The notes below the pieces were generated by a model. The model did not search any database and was not told the origin of the DNA. It worked only from the letters and a program-made list of their open reading frames with translations. A DNA stretch of 56,397 nucleotides from Tubiluchus corallicola (Eukaryota; Animalia; Priapulida), in the NCBI GenBank assembly GCA_030141605.1, contig JAQGDQ010001192.1:1-56397 (forward strand), in the 5' to 3' direction. Position numbers and translations under genes: made by a program. This document shows, in pieces, positions 1 to 43,958 of the stretch (position 1 is its first letter; each line of letters starts with the position of its first letter).

Positions 1-92
1 CATTTAATAATCTTGTCACTTTAAATCATATTATCATATTATCATTTCATGCTGTGTGTTTTTTTGTAAAAAAGGTGAAAAATAAAGATGCG

Positions 93-164
<72 letters not shown>

Positions 165-1310
165 GACTGACGGACGGACGGACGGACGGACGGACGGACG
201 GACGGACTGACTGACTGACTGACTGACTGACTGACTGACTGACTGACTAACTGACTGACTGACTGACTGACTGACTGACTGACTGACTGACTGACTGGCT
301 GACTTACTTACTTACTTACTAATCACCAACCGCTCCACGTTGCAATATGAAAAAAACTTTCGAAACAACTTTGCTATTAAATGAAAATCCAGGCTTGCTG
401 GCAAGTTAGAAGAATCTAACGTAATAATAATAATAACAAATACAATATCAAGAAACACTGGGAAAAAATAGATATTAATAATAATGATTATATGTCAGCG
501 CTCAGATGCGCTTACGAAAAATCACGAAAAGTCAGTCAGTCACATCAAAATTTTCAAGTCAATGGCGACTACAATCGCACCCGAAAATTTCTTTCACCTG
601 TAAATTGCCTTTTGGTTAAGATGCAGCTTTCTGCAAATTCTTATATTAGTCTAAGTCTAAGTGATAAGAGTAAGTCATATGCTAAGCGATTTGACCTTTT
701 CCTTCAATAATACGAACTAATAACAGCCTAATGAGACTAAGGCACCGCTTGCCATAGGAACTTTTAGATTAACATAAATTTTCCATGCAAATTAAACAAA
801 CTCGTAGTGCCCGCAGCGAGCGTTAAAAGAGCGGAGGACTTCAATACAAGGTGTGTCCGGGAAGATGATGTCTGTTTTAGCAATCTCTATAGGCAAACAC
901 TTTGTAATGTCTGACGAGTCCGGGTGATTAGGATCACAGCATTCTGGAATATATATATAATCTCTATTTGCACGAGAATAAAATTCACACAACTGTTAAA
1001 GGCAAATGCGTCCAGTGCAAACTAAAAACTACTGTGCCAAAAATTTAAAATAAAATATACATTATAATGTTACACGGAAATTACAATAGACTATATACAA
1101 TATATACATATAATTTAAAATGGACGTGGGTAAATAAAATTTGTGGATGAATATATATTATCGTTTACGTATTTTGGGTTTTCAAAACGATTTAATGTAT
1201 GTATTTTTAATTTTTGGCACAGTAGTTTTTAGTTTGCACTGGACGCATTTGCCTTTAACAGTTGTGTGAATTTTATTCTCGTGCAAATAGAGATTATATA
1301 TATATTCCAG

Positions 1311-14415
<13,105 letters not shown>

Positions 14416-15507
14416 CCTCTGTGTTCTGACTGTGGAAACGACTTCACCAAATGCATGTTGATTTTGCCAAGAAAGCTGAAACCTCAGTTTTTTACTGCAA
14501 ATCAGAGTTTACTAATTTTACCCAGCCATTTCGAATCTAATCGAATATAATTGCAAATTAAATTTTTATGGTTAATCGTACCAATTCTTTTGTTTTTTGA
14601 CTGTATTTGACTGAAGATCGCTTTAGCTGTTATAAAGATGTGCTCATGCGTCGCAATAAAAATTATTGGCTGATTTGTTGCTATTTTTCATACGTCGAGA
14701 AATTAAACCAAATATTACGTCACATATTCCCAGTAGCAAGCTTTTTAATAAGATGATGCAATGTAGACTCCATGATAATTAAGCTTTTCAATAAAGGCAT
14801 GCAAAACTTTGATTCCTTGTTTATAGAATTTAGAATTTTATTGGCATATACATTACATTACTATGACATACATACAGCAAAACAGCAACAAAGTACAAAA
14901 GTACAAAACAAAGTTATTACATTATAGCTATAGTAGCCAAAAAACACATATAATATATTTATAATGTAATTTTTAATCCTACTTTTAACCTTATAAAATA
15001 GGTAATGAATATTATGAGCTAGCTGAATTCACCCGAACTAACGTGGTTTGTATTTTTGATGCTACGGGGGGGGGGGGGCAATAACCTAAATTGACATTAG
15101 CCTAAAGTCTTTCCTGGAGCATGCTAGTCTTTATGGTACATCACATTTTGAGGTTTGCAGCAGCATGTCGGCGTGTATGAAAACACCCGTACGCACACGC
15201 ACGCACCTGAAAAATTAATCCCCCAGTGGCGCCATATGTACTTCAGATGAACTAATAACACAACACACAGTAGCACCAAACTTCTCATTTCCGTACAGAC
15301 CATTTGAAAGCTTCATTCTTATATTATTATTAAACGTTGAGCATGCATAGTCCAGGGCCAGATTACATTATAGGCTTGAATAGTCTGCAGTCCAGGGCCA
15401 CTCAAGCATGGAGGCCCCAAGCTTGAGTGGTCGATTTCCAAGTATAATTTTTTTTGAAAAATGAGTATTATAGTTTAAATTACAACAAGATGATTTTCTA
15501 TATACTA

Positions 15508-16793
15508 CCCCATTTTCAAGTCCGATAAAAAGTACTACCTCTTAATTAGCACAATTAATACTGCAAAATCGTTTCTGGTAATTAAATAATAGATTAAAAA
15601 CTTAATTAGCGGCGGGCGGGCGCAATTATTAATGACATCACAAACTAACGTAATTTTCAACAGCAAAAATATTCCACGAGCCCGTTGAACATGTTTGCGA
15701 AACCGAAAATTGAAGTACAGTGCTACTGTAAGATATTCAGTGTGTTGTACTAAAACTAGGCAAGTTTTAAAGATAAAAATTCAAATTTCAAAATTACCCT
15801 TGTGCTCACGCATGAGTAGTCGTACGCATGTCACAAACTAACACATCTGAACTGAGAAGAATAGTACAGGTGCAGCACCTGTTTTTTGTGCAATGCGTTT
15901 CCGAAATGCAGACGCTGGTGCCCGTCTAACTAGCGAATGACGAAATGCATGTAGCAGCGATGAACTAGTTACGCGAAAGTGAAATTGTGTTTGCGTGGTA
16001 TAATAATTCTTTCGTGCAAGTCATTTTTGAAAAAATAGTATGTTTCCTTTCAATATTTTAGTAGATTGGTTTGATCTACAGTTTAAGATTAGGCCCGGTT
16101 TTGCCTTAAAGCACAAGAAAACCCTTCATAAACATAAAGCTTAAAAATTCCACCTGAAATTTTATATCGCTTACATACTGCCTTTTTGCATGTAGGACTT
16201 CAATTGGCAGCCACGCTGCATAAAACATGTAAATTTAAACTCCCGCGATGACCGTTAGACGCTGCCATTTTGGTGACAGGTCAATTGAAACAAGTTCAGA
16301 TAACATTTTGTAAAGTTTGAAAAAATAATCAGAGCATTCGTAGCGCTCAAGTCAATAACTAAATAAAATTTAAAATTACTGTATCTGTCAATAAGATTAA
16401 AAATACGTTTTTTGGTTAGTGAGTGGTGCACCCTGGAGGGTGAGTCAGCGACATTTTACCAATTGGTGAAAATATTTTAAATAATTAATAATTTTCTTTT
16501 CTAGTTACATAAGTCGTTCTAGCAGGTAAGCAAAAAAGCTATGTAATATAGATTTGTATGGAAAGTTTTTTGGTACATAATTTAATATTGCCTTTTCTTC
16601 CCCTGATTTACGTTGTGCGTAGGTGACGTCATGTAATGGCGACGTCCGAACAGTATTGTGGGAGATTTAAAATGAAGACAAACAAAAATTCCTTCCAATG
16701 CGAGTATGATATATGCATAAAATTGCTATAAAGTAATATAATTTTTAAGGCGATTTTTCTGAAACCTACTTCAGGTACCCCTTTTATTGTCCT
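15508..16793. mobile_element. Two abutting TTAA-flanked non-autonomous DNA elements (Kolobok-like): partial 15508-16105 and 16110-16793
   Basis: 15508-16105 is homologous to 27689-28282. The junction gcc-TTAA-agcacaag is at 16106-16109. The second element ends tgtcct-TTAA at 16793/16797. Confidence 0.65.
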
Positions 16794-17252
16794 TTAAGCT
16801 TTTTTATTGTAATGCACTGCAGTATTAAAATCATTGGTAATAAATTGCAAAATACTTGTTTTGTTGTTTTAGATACAAGAATACTATTTTAATATTAGTA
16901 TTATAGTAGAGTTTACGAATGTCTACAAAATATGACAAAATTAACAAAGGTTTATGAAAGCAAAATTGTATTTATTGTCGTTCTGTATGATTACATAATC
17001 AAAAGATTTACAAATTGCGTCACACTGCAGAATAAACTACATCATATCATTATGTGGCATGCATCCTAATCACAATTAAAACTACAGAATGGTCTTTGTT
17101 GTCTCAATATGCTTACATTAAAATGATATTGATATTTCTAAAAGATAAATTCACAGTATAAAACATTTTACATTGCAAAATATGGACGATTATTTATTCA
17201 CTTACACATGAAGAATCCCTGAATGTTATTTCCTGGACTCGCTCCCCATTCT

Positions 17253-34270
<17,018 letters not shown>

Positions 34271-35410
34271 TTTTTTCTTCCGCGCAAAACAGAAGAGGCA
34301 ACAGTTATCCTAATGCTCCGTTCACACTTCAGCTACAGCTTCTGTTTCTGCAGAACTCGTTGCTTGATTGCAAAAATAACAAACTCTACACAGACACAAT
34401 TACACAAAAAAGTCTTTTCCATAAAAAACGACAAACAACCGAGGATTGAGTAAAAAAAGACAAATATTTCTTTTTTAACACATAAAATTTTTGCAAAAGC
34501 AAATTCTGTAACTACTAACGCCTTTGTCCTCCAAGCTAATCTGTTATTCCCTCCACAATTGGCGCAGCAGCCAAAAGAGGCGACCTTCGCAATGTTTGGG
34601 TGCGCTGACTATTTTTCATTGACTGGTTCCTTTAATTTATTTGTTGCTTGTAATTAACTATCCCGAGGTCTGACTGTAATTTTTGATTCACTGACGCATA
34701 GCTCCGGCTCTTGGCTCTTATATCAATTGAACGTTGTTATTGCTGTTGTCTGCGCAAAATTTTTGTCACAATTCAGGCTTGCTGTTGGTGTTTTGGCGGT
34801 CCTCGGATTTCATTTTAACTCTTTTTAGAAGGTCATTTACCGGCTGTGTATCTGCGATAATTGAGAGGGATTTACTTTAAATGAAACGCATTAGTTCGTG
34901 ATAAATTTATACAATTAGTGGATTTATAATAATCTAATGTAGTTTTTATTACGTTTTTATTAGCGTGTAAAAACATTAAGATACAATTTCTATGTTTTGT
35001 TATAGTTATAGAGTAAGTAAATAATGCAGAGTAAATAAATGCAATTGGTTTAATGTAATGTAATGTAATGTAATGTAATGTAATGTAATGTAATGTAATG
35101 TAATGTAATGTAATGTAATGTAATATAAATATGGGCAAGTTTTCTGAACGATACTAATTCTACTATTCTCTATTGCTACTAATTCTAGTTGTGATTATTT
35201 GTATAGCTTGTACGTGAATGTTGTATCTTGTATACTTACTTATTTTTCTTGTATTATATGTACAAACAACATCTGGTTATAGTGCGTCTAATTGTTCTTA
35301 CCATTGTCTACAATTATTCACAATGTGTTTTTGTGTAACTTGTTTTTGGATCATGTTGTACTTTTGTTGCCTGTGTTATAACGTAATTGTATTCGTTTTG
35401 GATATAGGAT

Positions 35411-36308
<898 letters not shown>

Positions 36309-37484
36309 GTGTTTCTGCAGGTTGTGGAAAAAGATATGCGTTTCATTTTTCCTAAGGAACGTTAAGAAATAACAGACTTGCAGAGCTCGGAAATTATCAC
36401 AAGTAAGGACAAGTAAGAAAGATATGATAATTGTTTATTGTACTTTAATAAGAACAATATTGGAATTCGCTTGTCCTGCATGGCATACTTTTTTTTAAAT
36501 TGAACCGACAAAGTTACTAGAGTCAATTCAAAACTGCATTTTAAAGCTAATTTTCCTCTGCACACCTTACGTAAATGCTTTGCAGCTATCAAAAATTGAA
36601 TATTTATCTGCACGTTGAAATGTCCTTTGCAGAAAATTTTTAAGTCAATTCAAAATCAAGACAGTAGACTCCATTATTTATTACCTAAACTCCTGTACTC
36701 AGAGTTTTCCTAAACAACTCGTGTACCCTTTATCTGTCATTAAAATGGTTCACTCATTATAATAAAATTGAGTAAGCCTCAGCGTGATGTTGAAATAACA
36801 ATACTGTTAAAGACAAATGTGTCCAGTGCATACTAAAAAAAACTAAAGTGCAAAACTAAGGCCTAATCATATACAATAAATGAACATATTTACAAACACC
36901 ATATTAAAATATTTTTACAAACAATATTACAAAAATACATTAAATTTTACATGACATATTTTACGCAATGTACATTTGACATGACACAATTAACAGAAAC
37001 ATGCTTTACATTACATAAATTTCACTAATTACATTTACATTATTTATACATTTGACATTACAAAACTAACATAACACGTATTACATTACATAATTTATAC
37101 CATATGTACTTTTTAATTAACAGATTACCTTCGGGTTATAAGAGTTTTTCAATAAACTTTTAATAAGTAGATTATAACATAACCAAGACGAAATATTCAA
37201 GAACAAATAATTTTTTATGCCAAGTTTTCGGACTTTTTAATTTTTAAAATGGAAGAAAATGCGATTTTAAAGAACTACCCAAAAAACTTTCCATATAAAG
37301 TTGCGTTACTTAGCATTACTGTTACCTGTTTGAGAGACATATCTAAGAGGAAAAAATTCTTAATTATTTGAAATATTGCGTGTGACATCACTGCATCGCC
37401 AGCCTAGTTTGCACAATTGCTAGCATGAGCCAAAACACATCATAGGTTTTATATAAGGTAGTTATAGAAAATACTTTATAATAT

Positions 37485-37810
37485 TGTAACGATGAGCGGA
37501 TGGTGCTGATGCGCCGATTGTCGCATACTTGAGAAGAAAACGTAAAACAACAGTAGTAAGAGTAAAATTACTGAATTAAGTAACACGTCAGACCTCTACC
37601 CCCATCTTGCTCCATGCCAGTTGTCATTGCGGAACGGGTGCTGAGATGGAAGACGCACCTGCCCGTCAACCCACTGAACCGACGAAGCCATTCCATACCA
37701 GCTACTTATAGCTGCTCTGCAACGCTGATATGCAATGGCTTCGTAATGGATGAAACCATCACAATGTAGAGGGGAGGGTCGAAAATAAAGGGCATTTCGC
37801 CTTCGTAACA
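37485..37810. mobile_element. Solo LTR (326 bp), 4-bp TSD, Gypsy-like
   Basis: ATAT|TGTAACG...CGTAACA|ATAT: TG..CA ends, short imperfect inverted termini, ATAT at 37481-37484 and 37811-37814. A relative lies at about 2290-2595. Confidence 0.75.
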
Positions 37811-38329
37811 ATATAAAGTAATTTAACGTTGTGCTTAGCTAGCAAAGGGTGTGTGTCCAACAAATGCTTAGATCATTTCTCTAAACGTTGTTATCTAAGC
37901 ACTTATGTAAACTTGTTTCAATTGACTTACCATTAAATTGGCCGTGCCTAATTGTCATCGTGGGAGTTTAATTTTCAAATTTTAGACAGTGTTAATACAA
38001 ATTCCGTTCACAGCATGTAAGTGAGCATGTATAAATGTTAATTTTATTTCAGTAAAAGAGTTTCTTTTCTTTTAATGTGTAATTTATAGTGCTGTTTCGG
38101 CAACGCTTTTGCTGTATAATACAACCATTCGTCTTTTTTGTTACCCCCAGTTTCTAGCACATCTAAAAAGCTTTATAAAATCGAAACCAGCCTATAATTT
38201 AACCAGCTGACAAAAAAATCTTCAACTGCATAAAGTATTAATGTGTTTACTGTTTATTAAATGAAAATAACAACATTGTGATTCAAAAAATATTCTAATT
38301 ATCACATAATTTTTTTTGCGTAAGTCAAA

Positions 38330-39192
38330 CAGTAATGAAACAAAAAAATCTGTGCAAGAACAATGTAATGAAACAAGAGAACTAATACAAGAGCAGTAAC
38401 GAAACATAAGAATCAGTACAAAAACAGTAATGAAATAAAATAATCAGTGCAAGAACAGTAATGAAACAAGAGAACAAGTACAACAGCAGTAACGAAACAT
38501 AAGAATCAGTACAAGAACAGTAATGGAACAAGAGGAAGAACAGTAATGGAATAAGAGAATCAGTACAATAACAGAGGTGAAACAAAAAAAGAATCAGTGC
38601 AAGAACAGTAATGGAACAAAAGAATCAGTTCAAGTACAGTAATGGAACTAAACAATCGGTGCAAGAACAATAATGGAACTAAAGAGTCAGTGCAAGAACA
38701 GTAATGGAACTAAAGAATCAGTTCAAGTACAGTAATGGAACAAAAGAATCAGTTCAAGAACAATAATGGAACTAAAGAATCAGTGCAAGAACAGTAATGG
38801 AACTAAAGAATCAGTTCAAGTACAGTAATGGAACAAAAGAATCAGTTCAAGTACAATAATGGAACTAAAGAATCAAGTACAGTAATGGAACAAAAGAATC
38901 AGTTCAAGTACAGTAATGGAACAAAAGAATCAGTTCAAGTACAGAAATGGAACTAAAGAATCAAGTACAGTAATGGAACAAAAGAATCAGTTCAAGTACA
39001 GTAATGGAACAAAAGAATCAGTTCAAGTACAGAAATGGAACTAAAGAATCAAGTACAGTAATGGAACAAAAGAATCAGTTCAAGTACAGTAATGGAACAA
39101 AAGAATCAGTTCAAGTACAGAAATGGAACTAAAGAATCAAGTACAGTAATGGAACAAAAAGAATCAGTGCAAGAACAGAAATGAAACAAGGA
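38330..39192. repeat. Minisatellite of about 31 bp, with 26-bp variant units
   Basis: Unit aagaatcagttcaagtacagtaatggaacaa; it begins about 25 bp past the cadherin stop codon. Confidence 0.93.
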
Positions 39193-39217
39193 AAAGTTGT
39201 AGCATTCGTGGCTACGT

Positions 39218-41113
39218 TCAACGTCTCTTATACTGCTGGACAAGCACGTAGCTCAAGAAACACAGGATACCAAACAGAACTGCTCCAAATACAGCAAGTA
39301 AAAGGACTCCTTTCACATCCTTCTTTGAACCTGAATCGCTTCGCACAGATTCTATCCAAGTATCTACCTCTTCTATAATTGTAGCTTCTATCTCAGTTGA
39401 GCTACATCTTTCATCTTCACCAGTTAACGTATTTGCATCTACGCAAGCAAGAACAACGAAAGACAATATCCCCAGTGGTAGTTTTTTGATCTCCTCTGTT
39501 TCTGTAATAATGCCATCGGGAAGAATTTTGAAATAATCTTGCATTGTAAGGACCCTGTACTTGACATCTGTAGTGGTTGCTTTGACCCTAGCAACATCAG
39601 CATCTTCCGAAGCATTTTTTGCAAACCTGAACTTGTACTTGTCTTTGGTAAACTTTGGATTCTTATTGCTTTCTTTCCCCACTGTTATTATCACATCAGC
39701 CTCTCTAGCACCAAATACATTCGAAGCCACGGCAACTAAATTCTGAGTTCCAGGAGTCAATTTTTTGGTGGTTTTGATCACACCATGATCAGTTATCATG
39801 AATTCTGTTACAGGATTGTCCGTCCTTGTCTTCAGGCTGTAAGAAAATTTTGGAGCATTTGCAGCATAAGCTTTAACGACCAATATATCCCGTCCCACGG
39901 GTATACTTTCTAGAACAGTAGCTTGATACGATGATGGATCGAATGCCGGCGGTCGGCCAACAATTTCCACTGTAACAAGCAGACCAGTTATCGCAGTATG
40001 GTATTCAGGTACGCCTTGCTTTCGGTTTCCATAATAAGCTTTGACTGGTAAAAAATATTCACGTTCTGAAAGCTTTTCTTTTATAATTACATCTCCTTTA
40101 AGCATATCTCCTTCAGGAATATTGATAATTTTAAAGGGAATATTTGTACCAAGCAGCTCGTAATGTATATTGCTGTCTTGTTCCTTGGTAATGCCATCCA
40201 CAGCCAATATTCTGTTTGGTTGAACTTGCAAGATGGTGCTGGCTGGAGAGTTTTGTGTTACTGTGGCATAGTACATTTCTGCAACGAATACTGGATTAAG
40301 CTTTCTCTTTATCAAATCGAAAGTGAACAAATGTGTGGCTTCTTTTGGAGGCGCCAAAGTGTTCTTACCACGTGGAGCCATGTCTCTTACAACCACTGTC
40401 ACCTGGTGCTGAATGTGCTCCCCATAGTTGAGCTGCTCTCGCACGACAATCTCACACATGTTTACATCTTCCTTGGCTATTGCTTCGAACTTAGAACTGC
40501 TGCCCTCCTTCACGTAGCACTCCTTCAAAGTATTGGCTGGAGTCAACAAGTCTTCATCTGTCACTTTGAAAGAAACTACTTTTGTTCCGGGTGCAGCAGG
40601 ACACTTTATGGGAAGTTGATTTAGTAGGCCTGGCTCTATGACTGGAGAATGCCTGTTCTCGGGCCTAATTTTAACCGTCAGCGTCATGTCTTCGACAGCA
40701 CCATCGTCGCTGCCTACTTTTCTGCAATTCATTTTGAAAGGAAAAATTTGTTTTCTATCTTCTTTTTTCTGATTAGCGAGATAAGGTTTGAGATCTATTT
40801 TTGTGAAAATATAGTAAGCCTGAATGTTAGAAAACCATCTCTTCTTTTTAAGGTAGAAAAGTGGATGGTTATCCTGACCGCTTACAATATAGCCCGCTTG
40901 AAATTGCCCCATATGAAACTTTGAACTCTTGTCCTTTCTTGCTGTCATTGCGATTGATGTATAACTGCCAACTATTCCTGCTTCTTTGCACAATGACTTT
41001 TTTGCCATGACCCCTTGAAAACTGGAAATTATCACTGTGGCCGCTAAAAAACCAAACCGAGCGGCTCTGAAATTGGCCATGTTGCAATAATTTGGTAACG
41101 TGAGAATCTTCAT
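39218..41113 (-). CDS. Cadherin-repeat single-pass membrane protein with an intronless CDS (631 aa, about 5 degenerate EC repeats)
   Basis: Uninterrupted 631-codon ORF. N-terminal hydrophobic signal (FGFLAATVIISSFQGVMA; the start may be Met13). Cadherin-like motifs: ENRHSPVI, VTDED, LNYGE, NPVF..YYATV.QNSP, PPAF...YQATVLESIPVG, SNKNPKF...Y.F. C-terminal TM helix GVLLLAVFGAVLFGILCFLSYVLV followed by QQYKRR-stop. Confidence 0.88.
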   Translation of the reverse strand: MKILTLPNYCNMANFRAARFGFLAATVIISSFQGVMAKKSLCKEAGIVGSYTSIAMTARKDKSSKFHMGQFQAGYIVSGQDNHPLFYLKKKRWFSNIQAYYIFTKIDLKPYLANQKKEDRKQIFPFKMNCRKVGSDDGAVEDMTLTVKIRPENRHSPVIEPGLLNQLPIKCPAAPGTKVVSFKVTDEDLLTPANTLKECYVKEGSSSKFEAIAKEDVNMCEIVVREQLNYGEHIQHQVTVVVRDMAPRGKNTLAPPKEATHLFTFDLIKRKLNPVFVAEMYYATVTQNSPASTILQVQPNRILAVDGITKEQDSNIHYELLGTNIPFKIINIPEGDMLKGDVIIKEKLSEREYFLPVKAYYGNRKQGVPEYHTAITGLLVTVEIVGRPPAFDPSSYQATVLESIPVGRDILVVKAYAANAPKFSYSLKTRTDNPVTEFMITDHGVIKTTKKLTPGTQNLVAVASNVFGAREADVIITVGKESNKNPKFTKDKYKFRFAKNASEDADVARVKATTTDVKYRVLTMQDYFKILPDGIITETEEIKKLPLGILSFVVLACVDANTLTGEDERCSSTEIEATIIEEVDTWIESVRSDSGSKKDVKGVLLLAVFGAVLFGILCFLSYVLVQQYKRR

Positions 41114-42536
41114 TCACAGAGGCAACAGATGTGGCCTCGGATGAGTATTGTCACCTTGTTCTAATATAAAACACTTTCTCACTTTACGTTTCACCATTCG
41201 TAGTCATAACATTAGGTTAGCTGTACGCGTAGAACATCAAACAATTTTGCAGAACGGAGTTATTGTTTATGTTAGAAATGGATTTTTACGTTCCAAATTT
41301 CGTATTGTACTCGGTGGACTTTAGTTTGGATTCTTCGCGTGCAGTGCACAGGATCATGGGTAAAATGACGTCTAAACGTGGCTGATTTTATTGTTTATAT
41401 ACGATTTACCAGTAATCTTGCCATGTCTGCAGTCGTTACTCCTTGGGATTTCATGCTGGTCGTTCTATCATGCCAAAAGAACACCAGTCACGACAACAAT
41501 ATATTTGTAGTTGCCAAGGTGAGTTAACTAACACAATAGAATTTAAAGAAACCAGCATTTTGGCAGGATCAATGACGTCAACCATGTTATACTTATAGTA
41601 TGCACAAGCTCCGAAGGGCGTAGAGTAGCGACAGGCAGCCCAATGTTCATTAACTCGATTTTGCTCGAAATCCTAGTTTGAATCCTAGTTTGGAGTCATT
41701 AATCCTGATCCGCTTCAGAAAAAAATTTCTAGAGGCTGTAGCTGAGTCATTTGATGCTGCATCAGTTGACACACTCAGTAAATCGGCTAGCTCTGCTAAA
41801 GCTCAGTTAGAGTTCAGCTCAGTTGGCTAAAAGAAGATGTCAGCTAAGCTGTCTAAGCTGCGAGATTTTTTGTAAGTGAACAGTGCTAGTTATTAGTAGA
41901 CGACTAACTGTCAGTAGAACGGCCAAAATTTTAAAATTGTACAATGTGACCTGTGTAATGAGAAATTATATTGTTATACAGATGCTACAGATTTAAAACT
42001 TCTGACACACATGTATGCATTAAAGACGTTTAACTCAAATTATTTTATAAGGAAGGGCTGAGTTTGTCTGCCCAATTTGTAAATATTATGTGACAACATG
42101 CTCACAAGAAACGTGTGAGCACAAATTAATTTCATGAAAACCTTTATGAAATGATACAGTTGCAAATACAAGTTATCATATAAACGTCCCTTAGCAAGTG
42201 GACAATAAAGTTCAACAGCAACAGGAATGAATGGACTAATTCCACTAAGATTCAACAAGTGATGCCTTATTGTAGCATACGTAGTTAGAGTGTAACAAAA
42301 ATTTATTCACTTATTCACTACTAGTGGACTGAATTTATTTCCCTTTTGTGAAATAACCTTAATACTGCTTGCTTAATAGGAAAAACAAAAATACATAATT
42401 ATGGCAAATTTCAGGCTAAGGTGCAAAAAGAAATCAAGAAAGGAAAAACGGTTAATTTTGAACAAAGAATGCTTAGAACTAACAGACCGGCCTATTACTG
42501 CCATTAACAGCATTTTTTCAAGGAGATTGATATCCT

Positions 42537-43048
42537 GAGTTTCAGGGATAATAACAGCAGAGTTTCATAGACTGTTGTCATGAGTTTCAGGGATAATAAC
42601 AGCAGAGTTTCGTAGACTGTTGTCATGAGTTACAGGGATAATAACAGCAGTTTTCCATAGACTATTGTCATGAGTTGCAGGGATAATAACAGCAGTTTTC
42701 GATAGACTGTTGTCATGAGTTGCAGGGATAATAACAGCAGTTTTCCATAGACTGTTGCAATGAGTTCCAGAGATAATAACAGCAGAGTTTCATAGACTGT
42801 TGTCATGAGTTCCAGGGATAATAACAGCAGTTTTCCATAGACTGTTGTCACGAGTTGCAGGGATAATAACAGCAGTTTTCCATAGACTGTTGTCATGAGT
42901 TGCAGGGATAATAACAGCAGTTTTCCATAGACTGTTGTTATGAGTTACAGGGATAATAACAGCAGTTTTTCATAGACTGTTGTCATGAGTTACAGGGATA
43001 ATAACAGCAGTGTTCCATAGACTGTTGTCATGAGTTACAGGGATAATA
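42537..43048. repeat. 45-bp minisatellite, about 11 copies
   Basis: Unit gagttgcagggataataacagcagttttccatagactgttgtcat at 42537, 42582 and onward. Confidence 0.96.
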
Positions 43049-43694
43049 AAACGAGCTATTAGTTAGAAATAGACCAATAATAATAAATAATGCAATCATT
43101 AAAATATTAAAGCTTGTTTACAACTTCTTGTGATAACTTTTAAAACTCTAGTTGTCTGTTATTTCTCGACAATCTGTATTTTTGTAGAATTTAGAATTCA
43201 TTATTGGCATATACATTATACTACAATTACATGCATGCAACAAAATACAAAAGTACAAACAGAGCTATTACGTTATAGCTATAGAGCCAAAAAAATACGC
43301 ATAACAATTAACACATTTATATAATCTTAGTATAGGCACTGATAATGTTATCAATATTTATATGTTGGCACTGTTTACTATGTAACAACACTATTTATAT
43401 TTTGTTATTGATTCGCCTATTAAAACGTCAGCTACCTCGACTCATTGAACTGAACGACTGACTGGACTCGTGTAATCGGACGCCATTGCATTTCCACATA
43501 ACAATCATTAAGATTCTCATAACAAAGGCGTTAATTACATCCTGGTAATTAGTTTCGAACTATGGTGAGCCAAAACCTTAGTGTGGTTTCAGGCGCCGAC
43601 GTTTAGTGAATTCTAGTCGAATTGTATATATGCTTCATACTCGCCTTACCTAGTATGTATAAAAGGTTTCTCTCAAACCGTACAGATTAGTTTT

Positions 43695-43958
43695 GGGTTT
43701 GTGTTCATCGTTGTTAGACTGGCGCTAGGCTTCCTATCGGGCTGCTCGGCTGTAAAACTAAATCAGCTACGTTGGTGTTCATCGTTGTTACACTAGCGCT
43801 GGCGCTGGGCTTCCTATCGGGCTGCTCGGCTGTAAAAATAAATCAACTGGGTTCGTGTTCATCGTTGTTACGCTAGCGCTAGGCTTCCTACCGGGCTGCT
43901 CGTTTGTAAAACTAAATCAGCTGGGTTGGTGTTCATAGTTGTTACACTAGCGCTGAGC
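43695..43958. repeat. Tandem repeat of about 74-80 bp, about 3.5 copies
   Basis: Unit gtgttcatcgttgttacactagcgctaggcttcctatcgggctgctcggctgtaaaactaaatcagctgggttg. Confidence 0.9.

Noticed and set aside
792-992. A second peroxidase gene on the minus strand
   Set aside because: A single exon copy inside the inverted duplication with an altered donor context; probably an artefact or non-functional.
42537-43048. Resemblance of cagggataataacag to the I-SceI recognition site
   Set aside because: Only a partial match; chance similarity.
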